Shown here: positions 11,207 to 23,106 of the stretch, one piece after another
Numbering within the stretch: position 1 is the stretch's first letter
How the letters are laid out: each line of letters begins with the position of its first letter
DNA from: Setoptus koraiensis
Lineage: Eukaryota; Animalia; Arthropoda
Direction of reading: 5' to 3'
DNA: 64,000 nt
NCBI GenBank assembly: GCA_048013815.1
Contig: CM106586.1
Coordinates: 8,122,001-8,186,000 of the forward strand
Position numbers and translations under genes: made by a program
The notes under the pieces: generated by a model
What the model was told of the DNA's origin: nothing
Database searches by the model: none
The model's input: only the letters and a program-made list of their open reading frames with translations

Positions 11207-12775
11207 TTATGCATATCTACTGCTACTTGTCCTACTTGCTTTGCGTTTCTTCGTTCTACTTCTCTGATTGCTTCTACGTCGTCTATTATTAGGAGTTTCT
11301 CTAGATGAGTTGTGGCTTTGTACAGAATCGTCCTGTTTGGGCGATTCTAGATGATAGCCCACTAGTTTACACCAACCAACTGGAAATAAGTCCGGTGATT
11401 CACAATCGCACCATTGATCAAATGATTCATCCCATCCATTGAAGTGTATCCTAAGTAGACGGTCAACCACTTTTATAACAGTTGCCACACAAACAAGTCT
11501 CGATTGCATCAGATCAACCGCCTCAATGTGCATGCCCTCCTCAAAGCCATGATTGGTTGACTTTCTCTTGAATAGAGCCTCTGGTGCAGCTTCTGATTTA
11601 GTCTCTTTGAGGTACTCGTCCCAATCGAATTCGGGGTGAGATTGGGGAGGAGTTAGCTGTAAGTTGTTTCTTTTACAAAAACCAGCAGGAAATATGTAAG
11701 GCGAGGACGCATGATAGCAGAACCAATCGGATCCTGTAGGACACATTACACCATCTATACCAATCATTAGATAATTAGCGCGCAGCACCTTTATGACTGA
11801 GGCTACACAAATGGTGGAGAGATTGAGCGGATCGATTGCTTCTAATTTCATTCCTTCGCGAAATTCAAAACCTACTGCTAGTGAGTCTGGAAAGGGTAAT
11901 TCAAACATGTCCCATGTGGCATCATCAGGCTCGAAACTTCTGTTGACTACTTTCTCAATACTTTTGGCCGCATATTCAAAAGTGGCAACTAGTTCGTGGC
12001 CCACAAATTGAGCCCAACCAATAGGGTGGACCAAAGGTGATCGTTCATGGCACCAAAAGCCCCTGTCTAACGCATCTGCTCCGTCATAGGAGACGAGCAG
12101 TCTACCACCGACTGATTTTTCAACAGTGGCCACTCGAACAGAAGAAATTCTATTCTTGTCCACTACTTCCAATTTGAGACCAGCGCGAAAACGTGGAACC
12201 AATGAATCGGTCACCAATGTGTAGAAATTCTCTGGCAAAGTCCTAGAGCCTGTCAGTCTTCTAATCAGGTACATAGTCCAATCAGGTACTTTGGATTCAA
12301 TTGCTTTAGGTGGTACTAATGCCTTGCCTTGCCAGGCACACCAGCCAACGCCGTGTATGTCTTCGCTGAACAGGTATACCCAAAAATCATGGCTTGAGTC
12401 GTCTTCGTATCCTTCATAACGTAGTAAGGCCATATAACCGTAGACTTTGATAACTGATGCTATCCAATATACATCGGCCGAGTTGGCGGCGGTGGCTGTG
12501 GTGGGAGGTTTAACGTCGATGTCGCTACTGTTGGTGGTAGTGTTAATGTTTGTGTTAATGTTTATGTTGGTGCTTGAGGACGTAGTGTTGATAACTTCTA
12601 ATTTGATACCCGGGGCAATTAAAAGATCCCAATATTCGGCCATTGGTGCATGCTTAAAGGTGGATACTTTGGCAGCTGAGAAGTTTGGTGCCTTAGCCAG
12701 CGATCTCCAATCAAAGGACTTATTATTATTGCTGCCAGAGGTGTTTGGCGCCTCATGAAACGTTATTTGTGACAT
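11207..12775 (-). CDS. Four-MBT-repeat methyl-lysine reader, Sfmbt/MBTD1-like, intronless, 522 aa
   Basis: Four MBT units: PGIKLEVIN...IHGVGWC; FRAGLKLEVVDK...VHPIGWA; FREGMKLEAIDPLN...IFPAGFC; FEEGMHIEAVD...LFPVGWC. Basic NLS-like C-terminal tail. Confidence 0.9.
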   Translation of the reverse strand: MSQITFHEAPNTSGSNNNKSFDWRSLAKAPNFSAAKVSTFKHAPMAEYWDLLIAPGIKLEVINTTSSSTNININTNINTTTNSSDIDVKPPTTATAANSADVYWIASVIKVYGYMALLRYEGYEDDSSHDFWVYLFSEDIHGVGWCAWQGKALVPPKAIESKVPDWTMYLIRRLTGSRTLPENFYTLVTDSLVPRFRAGLKLEVVDKNRISSVRVATVEKSVGGRLLVSYDGADALDRGFWCHERSPLVHPIGWAQFVGHELVATFEYAAKSIEKVVNRSFEPDDATWDMFELPFPDSLAVGFEFREGMKLEAIDPLNLSTICVASVIKVLRANYLMIGIDGVMCPTGSDWFCYHASSPYIFPAGFCKRNNLQLTPPQSHPEFDWDEYLKETKSEAAPEALFKRKSTNHGFEEGMHIEAVDLMQSRLVCVATVIKVVDRLLRIHFNGWDESFDQWCDCESPDLFPVGWCKLVGYHLESPKQDDSVQSHNSSRETPNNRRRRSNQRSRTKKRKASRTSSSRYA

Positions 12776-13911
12776 TGTTCAGCTACAGTCCAACAACAGC
12801 AACAACAGTAAACATCAGGATATGTAAATTGATGATAATTTAAATTTGTTGTGCATTTCCTAAATGTTGATAATAATCATAATAATAGTATTATTAAATA
12901 GCTATATACTAATGGAAGATTATAGTTATAGTATTGAATTATTATAACTATGTTATTATTAATACATTGCGGGCGCGAGAGAGAAACATCTTTAAAACAT
13001 TGTCGTTTAGTTTCAGGGTGTGCGCAATATATTGCAAACTGTTGTGTGCATTTTCACAAATGAATGACGCACAGAAGTAAATTATTTACACAGGAATGTA
13101 TTGCCAATGTGCAATGTTTAGTATACTGGCTATGTTAGAACTCAGTGCAATAATTTGCAATCATCCTGGATTTGTGTCAGTTGGCATCGTGTGTGAGAAA
13201 CACAACGCAGCTTACAGTGTATAGGTTTGTGTGTGTGTTTAAGTGTGAATGCGTGAGATTTGGGCGCACGTAATCTGCTCAACAATGTGTGTGCAGTCTC
13301 CGACACACAGTTACAGATGATTGTTGTAATCTGCATCCTGCCCAATGCCTACAGGGGAAGCGCCCGCTAATATGTTGCTTGGCGCCATCTTTTGTCGCGA
13401 GCTACGAACTACATAGTATCACATTAATTAGCATCAACTAACGACTGGCTACTAACTACATATAGCAACAATAAAAATGGCTTCTATATAACTTATCATG
13501 TCTACCAATTCAATGTTATCTTTGTTGTCAACCGTATCTTATCGTCAACGTACGTCTGTAGGCCATTTTGTTGCCAATCTCTCATATCGAGTATCACCAG
13601 ATAACATAGCAACTTCTACTTCATTGTAACTATTGTTATTATGTAATAAAAGCTAGTCCGTTAATCATCTAATCAGCAAATTGCAACCCATTGTTTGCGC
13701 AATGATCCATGGATATCTGAGTTCCTATTACACATGTAACAGCACATCTCAAATCAATCGCATCTTTCACAGATAGAGGACAAACAGATTATATTTGAAT
13801 TCGTACAAACTATTTCAACAATTTCATTTCAAACTTATTAGTCGTAATAATATAGAGAAGCGAAAGCGATTTCGACCAAATAGCTAGATAAAAAAAAATT
13901 ATCATACACAA

Positions 13912-15177
13912 ATGTCTTCGCCAGCCTCACCCGACACACCAAAAACGCCATCTGGCCCGTCGACGGTCGATTCTAATCATGAAAGTCTTATACTTTTGAT
14001 TTTCATTCACAGACATGGCGATCGTAAGTTGGCCCAACAAGAATATTATTATTGTAAAACAATGATCAATCTCTCACTCTAAGCTCCTTCCATTCATTCT
14101 ACCTGTACCATCTTTACATCCGTAGGCACACCGCTCAACATGGCACCTAGGGACAAGTATAACGACATAGCATACTGGCCAGAGGGTTTCGGTAATCTCA
14201 ACAACGCCGGCCGACTTAGGATGTATAAAATGGGACAACTCATACGCAAGAGATACGCCACCTTCCTAAGTGACGACTTTAGAGAGGTCTACTCACGCTC
14301 ATCCGATGTTGATCGATGTATAGAAAGCTCACAAGCTGTGATAGCCGGGATGTATCCACCACCAGACAGGTCCAAGTGGAATGCCACTATTCCTTGGACG
14401 CCGGCACCTGTACACACGGTACCAGCCCCCGATGACTATCTACTTAATGAAGCTGGTAGAAAATATATTGATGTTGTTGTTCAGGAAATAGAGAAGCTAC
14501 AATTGTCGGAGAAAACCAAAAAGTTATACGAGGAAAGTGTTAATGAGCGAATTATTCTGGAAAAAGAATATGGTTACGATTATGATTCATTCGTAAAATT
14601 CAAATGCACATACTCAACTCTCGATATAGAATATAGAAACGGGTTAGAGATGCCTAGCTGGTACAATAAGGAAATGCGCGAAAAATTGTACAAATGGGCT
14701 GGTTTAGCGTTCTCTTTGGCCGCCGGAGGTACCGAAGTATTGAAAAAAACTAGAAATCAACATTTGCTAGCCGATTTAGTCAAACGTATGGAAATATGTT
14801 CTGCCGGCCCTAGACATAGTCCAAAAAGTGAATATCATCAACCAACAAATGCTCCTGGTTCAGTGGAGGATAAGAAAGTAGTTCATTACTCTACTCATGA
14901 CTCAATAATGGCAGCTTTCTTAGAAGCGCTTAATATCAATGGAACTTCACCTGTGCCCCCAGGCTTTGGAGCGACTTTCTTCATCGAGGTGCATGCAACG
15001 GATATTAAGCTTGGTAGTAAGTCAGATAAATATCTCAAGCTATACCACTTGGATAGGACCGAGACAGAGGAACCGATCGAAATGATACTGCCAAATTGTG
15101 AACTAGACAAAGATGGCCGCTTGAGTGTGGCTAAATTTAAGGAATACGTCCGGCATTTACTTCCCGATGAACATTGA
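13912..15177 (+). CDS. Histidine acid phosphatase (branch 2, ACP2/ACP3-like); exons 13912-14023 and 14126-15177 (387 aa); no signal peptide
   Basis: RHGDRTP is rebuilt across a phase-1 gtaagt...cgtag intron. Also WPEGFGNLNNAGRLRMYKMG, VYSRSSDVDRCIES and the catalytic STHD. Confidence 0.9.
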
Positions 15178-18100
15178 ATCGATGTGATGATGAGTACCCA
15201 AAAGTAATAGTCTAAACTGTGTAGTAATAATCTATCAATCAATCATGAAGCCTTACCCTCGGCTTTCGAATATTGAATTCATTGGAATGGATCAACGTTT
15301 ATCTATTCCATCTGATTACAACTATTACAATCGATCAATGATGATTATCAAGATTGATCAATTGAGCAGGTACAATAATTCATATGTATACACATATTGT
15401 GCGGTTTAAGATAAGAAATGAACGAAATGAATATCAATTAGAAAAAACAATCTAACATAGAAGAACACTTGAGGATCTTGATCCACATTGATGTGATCAA
15501 TCATCGGATTGGAAATAGCAATGCCAACAAAGAAAACATAATGTGTAATAGCAGTCTTGGTACATCGCTAATACTATTAATACAAATGACGACAATCTAT
15601 TATATATGCACACAAGCTATTTGTGATCTAATTTCAACTTTTCATCTTCGACAACGGTGCTAGCGTACAAGATGAAGATGAGACTTCACCTGGACGGCCC
15701 TTGAACTTTCATTTTACAAGTTTATGTTGATAAACTTACATTAACTTTGGCATAGATGCTGTCATTATTATTTGTGATGATGTCAATGAAAGTAGAATGA
15801 GCGAGATAGTGTAACTTGAACATGCAGGTTTCACCCTAAATATATCCAGTGTAAGAGAAAGCGAACTTTTTATTGCTCCATATCTTGTCAGGCTAGTTGT
15901 TGTTGTGACAGTCAAAGATAACAACAACATCAAAAGACAAAATCTGTTTCAACAAGTAATAAAAAGTTTAGCTGGAGAAAGTCACATCGTCATCGTAATA
16001 GTACCCTGTTACACTGATATACATGTCTTTTATGGGTTATGAGTTTACCTGTATAACCGAGAACGAACCTTTCCAGTTCTCTTTCCATCTATCTTATGTG
16101 GATAGAAGCATTTATTATTTCTCATTTGGCATTCTTCTTTTCTTATCGCAATCACACAACAGTGATAGACAGATAGAGTTGCATTAGTCGCGCGAAGATA
16201 AAACAAGTTGTTTGACGGCTACAAGCGCTCTTCACACCCTATGCTATCTATCTAACTGGCAATACTCTGGTTAGATTTACAAAACTCCTTATACAATAAG
16301 TATAAAAATAAGCCAGAAGGGGGCGCAAAACAGTATCGAGTTGAGCTAGGTAGTAGCTAAGCTGTCAACTATTGACATCATAATTCCAATTGTGATAATT
16401 ATATACATTATATATGACAACTATGGTTAGACAGCTTCCTACATAGTTATTGTTGTTGCATGCGCGCCTACTTACCTGTGTCTGCGTTCTTTATTATTTA
16501 TAGTAGCCTACGATTGTTGCTGGTACATTCACTGATGAATGAGTTGCTGATCAATGAACGCCAATAACTTGATGGGTAACTATAGCAGCCGACGACGAGT
16601 GACCTCTTCATGGAATTTTTCGAAACTAGACAGCTCAGTAATTAGTCATTCACTCTCTCCCTCGCCAGCTATCTATCTCCTTATTCACTGGTAGCATTTA
16701 ATTATGAAAAACATTCCATCAACATTGTGCAAAACAAAATCTAAATATACATGAATGTGTTCATGTTTGTACCCACCACATACCATGGAATATACATGGT
16801 ACATATGCACAGCTTGCCAGTATAGATTATGTAAGGTTAACTTGGCCGGCTAGCTGGGCTTTATGTGCTAATTATCGTTGTTACATGATGTTTTAGCATT
16901 TAGCCACTCAAGTATCGCTAACAGTTTTTGTTTTGCTTCGGTTTATGTTGATGCTAAACTAACCATCTAAAACTAAAGCCTAGCCAGCCCATGTTGAGTT
17001 GATGTCTCAAATTGAGTCATCCAATCAACAACAGCAACAACAACAACAACAACGCCAGCAACAACCTAGGGTACCCGATTCTATGATCGAAATCATGCAA
17101 CTTATTGAGTGTTGATGTTTGTGCTCTCGTTGAATTGAACTTATGGCAGCCACCAGCTAACTAATGAGAGCCACTGACAAAAAGTCAATAGCAGATTATC
17201 ATCATCATCTTCTTCTCATTCTCATTCTCTCATGTCCTGTTATCGCATCTCTGGCAGTGTTGGTTCTAACATTTGCCAAGTAAACTTGATTCTCTTCTTG
17301 GCAAGCTGCCTTGTTCGTTCGGGATAAGGTTTGTTTGAGTTTACAATCATAACTCTATGAATGAGTCAGCAGTTATTAGTTTTGTTAGCTCATTGGTTAG
17401 CCCATTAGATGATGGTGGCGTGTTAGTTGTTTTAGCGAGCCAATAGATGAAGTTGATTAAATTTATTTATTGCAAGAACAAGACGACGACGACGACGACG
17501 ACGGCGAGAGACGACGAGAGACGAAAAGTTTCAGCTATCATTCGGCGACTCAACAGCGAGACGACACAAAACGGTCAAGCGAGCCAAGGGTCCTGATCGA
17601 GCGACCGAGTGTATATATTTGCTGCTAGCCGCTATTATGCAATAATGATAGGTAGTGCAACCAATAAATAGAGCAAAGAGAGTAAAAGTGAACAACAACA
17701 ACAACAACAACAACAGTGCATAGTAGTGGTGGTGGTAGTGGCGGTAATTTGCGGGTATGTCTCATTGATTAATCTTATTAGAAGGGGGCATTGAGGGGGA
17801 GAGGTATTCAATTTTCGATGGCGGCAAAGCAGTGGTGACTACTTTCAATCATTATATGGACAGTGCGACGGCAAGCTAGTATTTATTTTGGTTAGTTTAG
17901 TTTCAGTTTGTGTCTCACTCTCACTCTCTACGCACAGTTTAAGGGACAATGTGAGTAAGTGCGCATTTAACTTGACTAACTTTTATTTTCCTGTTCTTGT
18001 TCTGTCTTGTTGTCTGTACCGAAAGGCTCTGTTGTTGCTGCTGCTGTTGTTGCCGTTGTTGCTGTTGTTGTTGTTGTTGTCGTTATTGGGTGTTTCGTGT

Positions 18101-18322
18101 TGCCGTAGTACGAACAACAACCAATCATCGTCGGGCTTTGCCAGTTGCCGAGCTAGTTTGTTTTCTTCTTCGCTGTCGCTCTTTCTATGTTCTGTTTGGC
18201 TGTCATAAGTTGGTTGCATAAGCCGTGTCTGTCTCATGCTAGTTGGCCAGCAACAGTTACTACAGCCCAACAGCAACAACAGCAACCACAGAAACAACAA
18301 CAGCAGCAACAACAACAACAAC

Positions 18323-18359
<37 letters not shown>

Positions 18360-20539
18360 ATTAGAATGATCATCGTGATGAACATCTATATTGAGCAATA
18401 ATAACAGTGGTAATTGCGAGTTATTACGTAATACATTGTGATGCTGCTCACTCGCGACTGCTAACTTACGTAAGTGGCTCACTTGCGAGTCGCTCACTTA
18501 CAAGTCGTTCACTCAAACAAACAAAACCAACTGAACTGCCATCCTCAGGAGATAGCAGATAAGCTCACCTCAAGGCCCATCACTATCGGAGCTCTAACAG
18601 CAACAACAACTTGTTAGAGTCAACAGTGGTCAACAGTGGTGTCCATTCACAATCAAAGTTGCCAACCACACACATTAAACACACATTAATAACGTCAGCA
18701 CGCGCTCATGTTCATTAGCATTTTATAAGGAAATGTGAGCAACCAACCAACAAGTTATTACAAGCACTCTCAAGCTTGTGCGATATCAGCAGTTGATCAA
18801 GCTGACACAAGCCCACCCAGTCGAGCTCACTTGTTAGCATCAGCGCAAACAACAACAGCAACAACAACAACGACAGCGACACTAAACGCAAGATAGATTT
18901 TATTTTGACAGCAACAGCAACAACAACAACAACAACAATACGGTCTAACAATAACGCAGCCAGACCGTTAGCTAGCTGATGTCATTGCGCTGCTGCTGTT
19001 TGTCTATTTGTTTGTCTATTGGTCGTCCGTTGGTTCGTTCGTTTGTAAGCGACCGAGTTATAAATAAATTGTATTAACCCCATCGCAAGTTACGCAACCA
19101 CAGCAACTCATCAACGGCTATTAATCAATTAAATTAATTTGTATGCCCCCTAAAGCGCACATCAGGCTGCCAGACAGACAGACAGACAGATAGCCGTACA
19201 ATTACAGAGGGGAGCAGCGACATAGCGCCAGACAGCGAGCAAGTGAGCCAAGAAATAGCGATAATGATAGCCATTTAATTTATAATTTAATTTGTGTGAT
19301 TGTGTGATCTAATTTAATTAATGATTACAAATGATATAGCGCGCGTGATAATATCTCCGTTTCTCTCTGTCTGTCACACACCGAGCGAGAGCGAGAGAGA
19401 AAGCAAAAACACAGTTCATTTAGGTTAGTTGAAGGTTATGATAATGAACTGGAAAGCGGTCATTTTATTTTCTATCACTCGCTCATTATAAAACCAATCA
19501 AATTAAAGTGAAACTGCAGGCAGGTGTAAAGTGTATAGTCAACCAGTGTGATCAACAGCAAACAACCCATCTATTGTTGATAACTGTGATAATATATTCT
19601 ATTGTGTATCATGTGTAGTGTATGGAAAGTTAATTTGCAACCAACTGACAACCGACCATAACCACACACAAAATTGAACCACGCAAAACTCGCTTGAACT
19701 ACATTAATTGTGAATTGTGAATCTTTTTTATTTTATATCACTGTGTCACTGTGTGCATTATATCTTAATGTAACACAGCCTGGCAGCCATTATAATTGTC
19801 ACTAATCATTGCTTCATTCTTTGTAAGATGATTAACCAGGTGATAAAGCATTTTGAAATACCAACAGTTACCACAGCAACAAACCAAAAACAATACACGC
19901 AACACAATTAGAAAAATACATCTCACCATTACATAACAATTGACAAACAATAACAAGTGAATACCAATACCAATAATAGTTGCCAAGATAATTGTTGTTG
20001 TCGCACACAACCATCGATCTGATGACGACAACCAGCGTGCTGCTAACTTGAGCTTGAGATTGGTTAACGACTTGGTTGGCATTGAAAAACAATAGACAAA
20101 AATAAAGAACAACAACAACTATCAATTATCCTGACAAGTGTCAGTCGGGGTGACACACACATTGAGCAATTGGTAGACGTTCAAAGTTTATTGTTGCTGT
20201 TGTTGTTGTGAATGTCGCCATTGGTCTGGTCGCCCCATTCAGCCCATTCGTGCGATCTAGCCTCTTGTAGTATGCAATAATGGAAAGCACCACTGAACCA
20301 ATAATTTCAGCAACTAATTTCATCAGCAAATCAAAGCCAATATTTGCACTCGCTGCAGCACCCTACACAGATTAGACACATTTGGTCATGTTGCTATTTA
20401 TGTTAGCCAAAGAGTGATCAGTATAAAAATATATCGTTACTTTTTATAGTTAATCAACTGTGATTAAACAATCAGTTAGTTAGGACGCAAAAATTATTAT
20501 TGTTATTATGATATAATTTGTGCTCGCATCCAATCCATC

Positions 20540-20557
20540 TATATAAAGCCATATAAA
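20540..20557 (+). promoter_or_regulatory. Tandem TATA-like boxes upstream of the sphingomyelinase ORF
   Basis: tatataaa at 20540 and atataaa at 20551. So close to ATG 20573 that a downstream ATG may be the real start. Confidence 0.3.
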
Positions 20558-20572
20558 GACAAGAATCTAGTG

Positions 20573-23057
20573 ATGAAATTTACCGAAATAACTGCTACTA
20601 CTACTACTACTGCAACAATGACACAATCGTATAGTAAGCGACCAGCGAGCAGAACGAGTTGCCGAGTGGCCACCACGACCACGCTAAGACAATTAAAGAA
20701 AGCAGCGGATATTGAGATGCCAAAGAGTAAATTATTGATTGATAATATTATGCACAACGTTAACGAGCGTGTTGGCGTCATGCAAATGCACAATAACAAT
20801 CGCAACCACAATATATTACTGTATGACTATAACGACAATAATACCAGCAGAAAGAGTGTCAACAAATTCTATTCTAGTCAATTATTATTTATAACAATTA
20901 TATCATCAATATGTGTGCTTGTTGCTTACTCAAATGCTCAAATGTTGATCATAAACCAAAACAACGACGATCTGATGCCCATGGTGTCGTTGTCAACATT
21001 TGTCGATGGCAGTATCAACAATCAATTGCATCAGACCAATCATAACAACAACAACAACAACAATCACCAAGCCACAACGCCCAACCAAAGGAGATTTCCG
21101 AGATTGTTGTCGTACATGTCGTCGTTGATACAGAAGAGCCGTCATTCTAAGCAGCATTTAGCCGGCCCGAATAGCGGAAACAACAATAATAATTTAAACA
21201 ATTATAACAAGACCGCTAACATTGACAACAATATATCGCAACCAATGAAGAGTTCATCGCTGTCGTCGTCGTCGTCGTCGTCCAAGCTTCAATCTAAAAG
21301 TGGCAACGCACCCCACGCCAATGACAGTATCAACATAAACAGTGGCATGTTGGACACAATCGCCGATCACCTAGGATCTCAGGGTCAATCATTGCTTGGC
21401 GTCGGTGCCAACTTAGACACGGGCATCACATTGTTAAACGATATGCAATACGCAAATATCGCCTCTGTTGCAAAAACAAATCAATCTGTGTCAACTAACG
21501 GCGATTTCAGCAACACCAACACCGGCAACGGTAACAGCAACACCAATGGCCAAAATGGTGCAAAAAACAAGCTTGCCAGAAACACAAACAAATTGCACAA
21601 GAGTTTGCATAGACGGCGTCACAATCATCATCATCGGCACCACCATCTTCATCATCATTTGAGCGCCAAAAATGCGCACAGTCCCGTTCATCATCACCAA
21701 TCCGCAATATCGGCCCTAGAGTCAATAGTCAACGAAGTGTCAAAACAGCAACAACAGTCGGGCGACCAGCACCAGCAGCTCAACAATTTGAACAGCGCCT
21801 CGGTGCATTTGGCATCGGCCGAAAAGTATGCCTTTAATTCGCGAGGATTCTTTCTCACAAGCATGCTGTCGCGCATAATAAACGTGATGAATGTCACAGA
21901 GGTGAGTGCCCACACTGAACCCTGAAAAACCCTGAGCCCCACCTCCCCCTCGTGCCCACATGTCCCACTGACCCCATCCCATACCCCTCTGATCCCTGCG
22001 AACAATCGCCACCCGTCCCGCCCGATCGAAATTGCCCCCACCCCCTGATGCCGCGGTTTATAATGCCGCGCCGAATAATGCTGCTCGGTGAACGTTTGCA
22101 TCGCGACCGAACAGAACAAGGCAAGACCCCCTACCCCTCGGCCCGCCCGTGAACCAATCGAGCCGCACTCCAATTAACCAATTAACCAATCAACCAATTA
22201 ACCACTGACCGCTCTTTTCCACTCCCCTCAATCGCTATAATACGATCACTATGATATACAACCAGTTCGCAATGGAGGTGAGAGAGGGCATCTCATCGAG
22301 GGCCTCGTGCATGGCTTGCAACGCGGTGGCGGGCTTATTCTTGAGTCCGTTGTACTCGAAGGAGGTGTTCAGCGCGGCCATACGCACAGTTTGCACGTCC
22401 TTCCGGTTGTTCACACTGCGAGTTTGTCACGGCATTGTCGAATCGTTTCAGGTGAGTTGACAACTTGTTAGACACAACATCGTCTCGTGCACGCCACAAC
22501 AACCAACGGTGATTCGAAATCTAAACAAATTCTCAACAACATTATTATTATTATTATTATTGTTATTATTATTATGTGACCCAACAACAAAGGACGACTT
22601 TGAGTATATAAGGAAAAACACGAGGATGACTCGCGACGAAATTTGCGCCGTTGTGTTCGGTATGGAATGCGCCAGACGACAAACGTTTAAATTGACCTGG
22701 ACAGTGGCCATTCCTGTGCAACAAAACATGTCCAATTATTACAATTTCAGCCGGCCCAATCAGAATGTCAATGACAATGTTGACATCAAGCAACAGCTGT
22801 TCATAGGGGCCTATCAACAGTCTGGCATGGGCCAAAACCAAAATCAGCAAATATCCACGCTGGCCGCACTGGAAAGTCAGCGACAGCAGCACTTGTCGAC
22901 CGCAACACCAAAGCCGCAACCGTCCACTAATTATAAACAGCAAGACCAACAGGATCAGACATTCCAAGACGACGCGCCGGACTTGTTTGAGTATAGGAGG
23001 TCGCCGGCGCAAAGTGTCAGCTCCACTGGCCAACAGCAGCAACAACAACAATCAGTC

Positions 23058-23106
<49 letters not shown>

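Noticed and set aside
15469-16100. Short ORFs and splice-like signals after the acid phosphatase
   Set aside because: Every exon chain I tried stops within about 25-90 codons and shows no recognisable homology.
16469-16478. tacttacctg resembling the U1 snRNA 5' end
   Set aside because: Nothing else matches U1; it is simply the reverse complement of a donor-like caggtaagta.
17531-20329. Numerous hydrophobic or poly-C/L ORFs on both strands
   Set aside because: Explained by AAC/GTT and CA/GT microsatellite composition; no coherent gene model.
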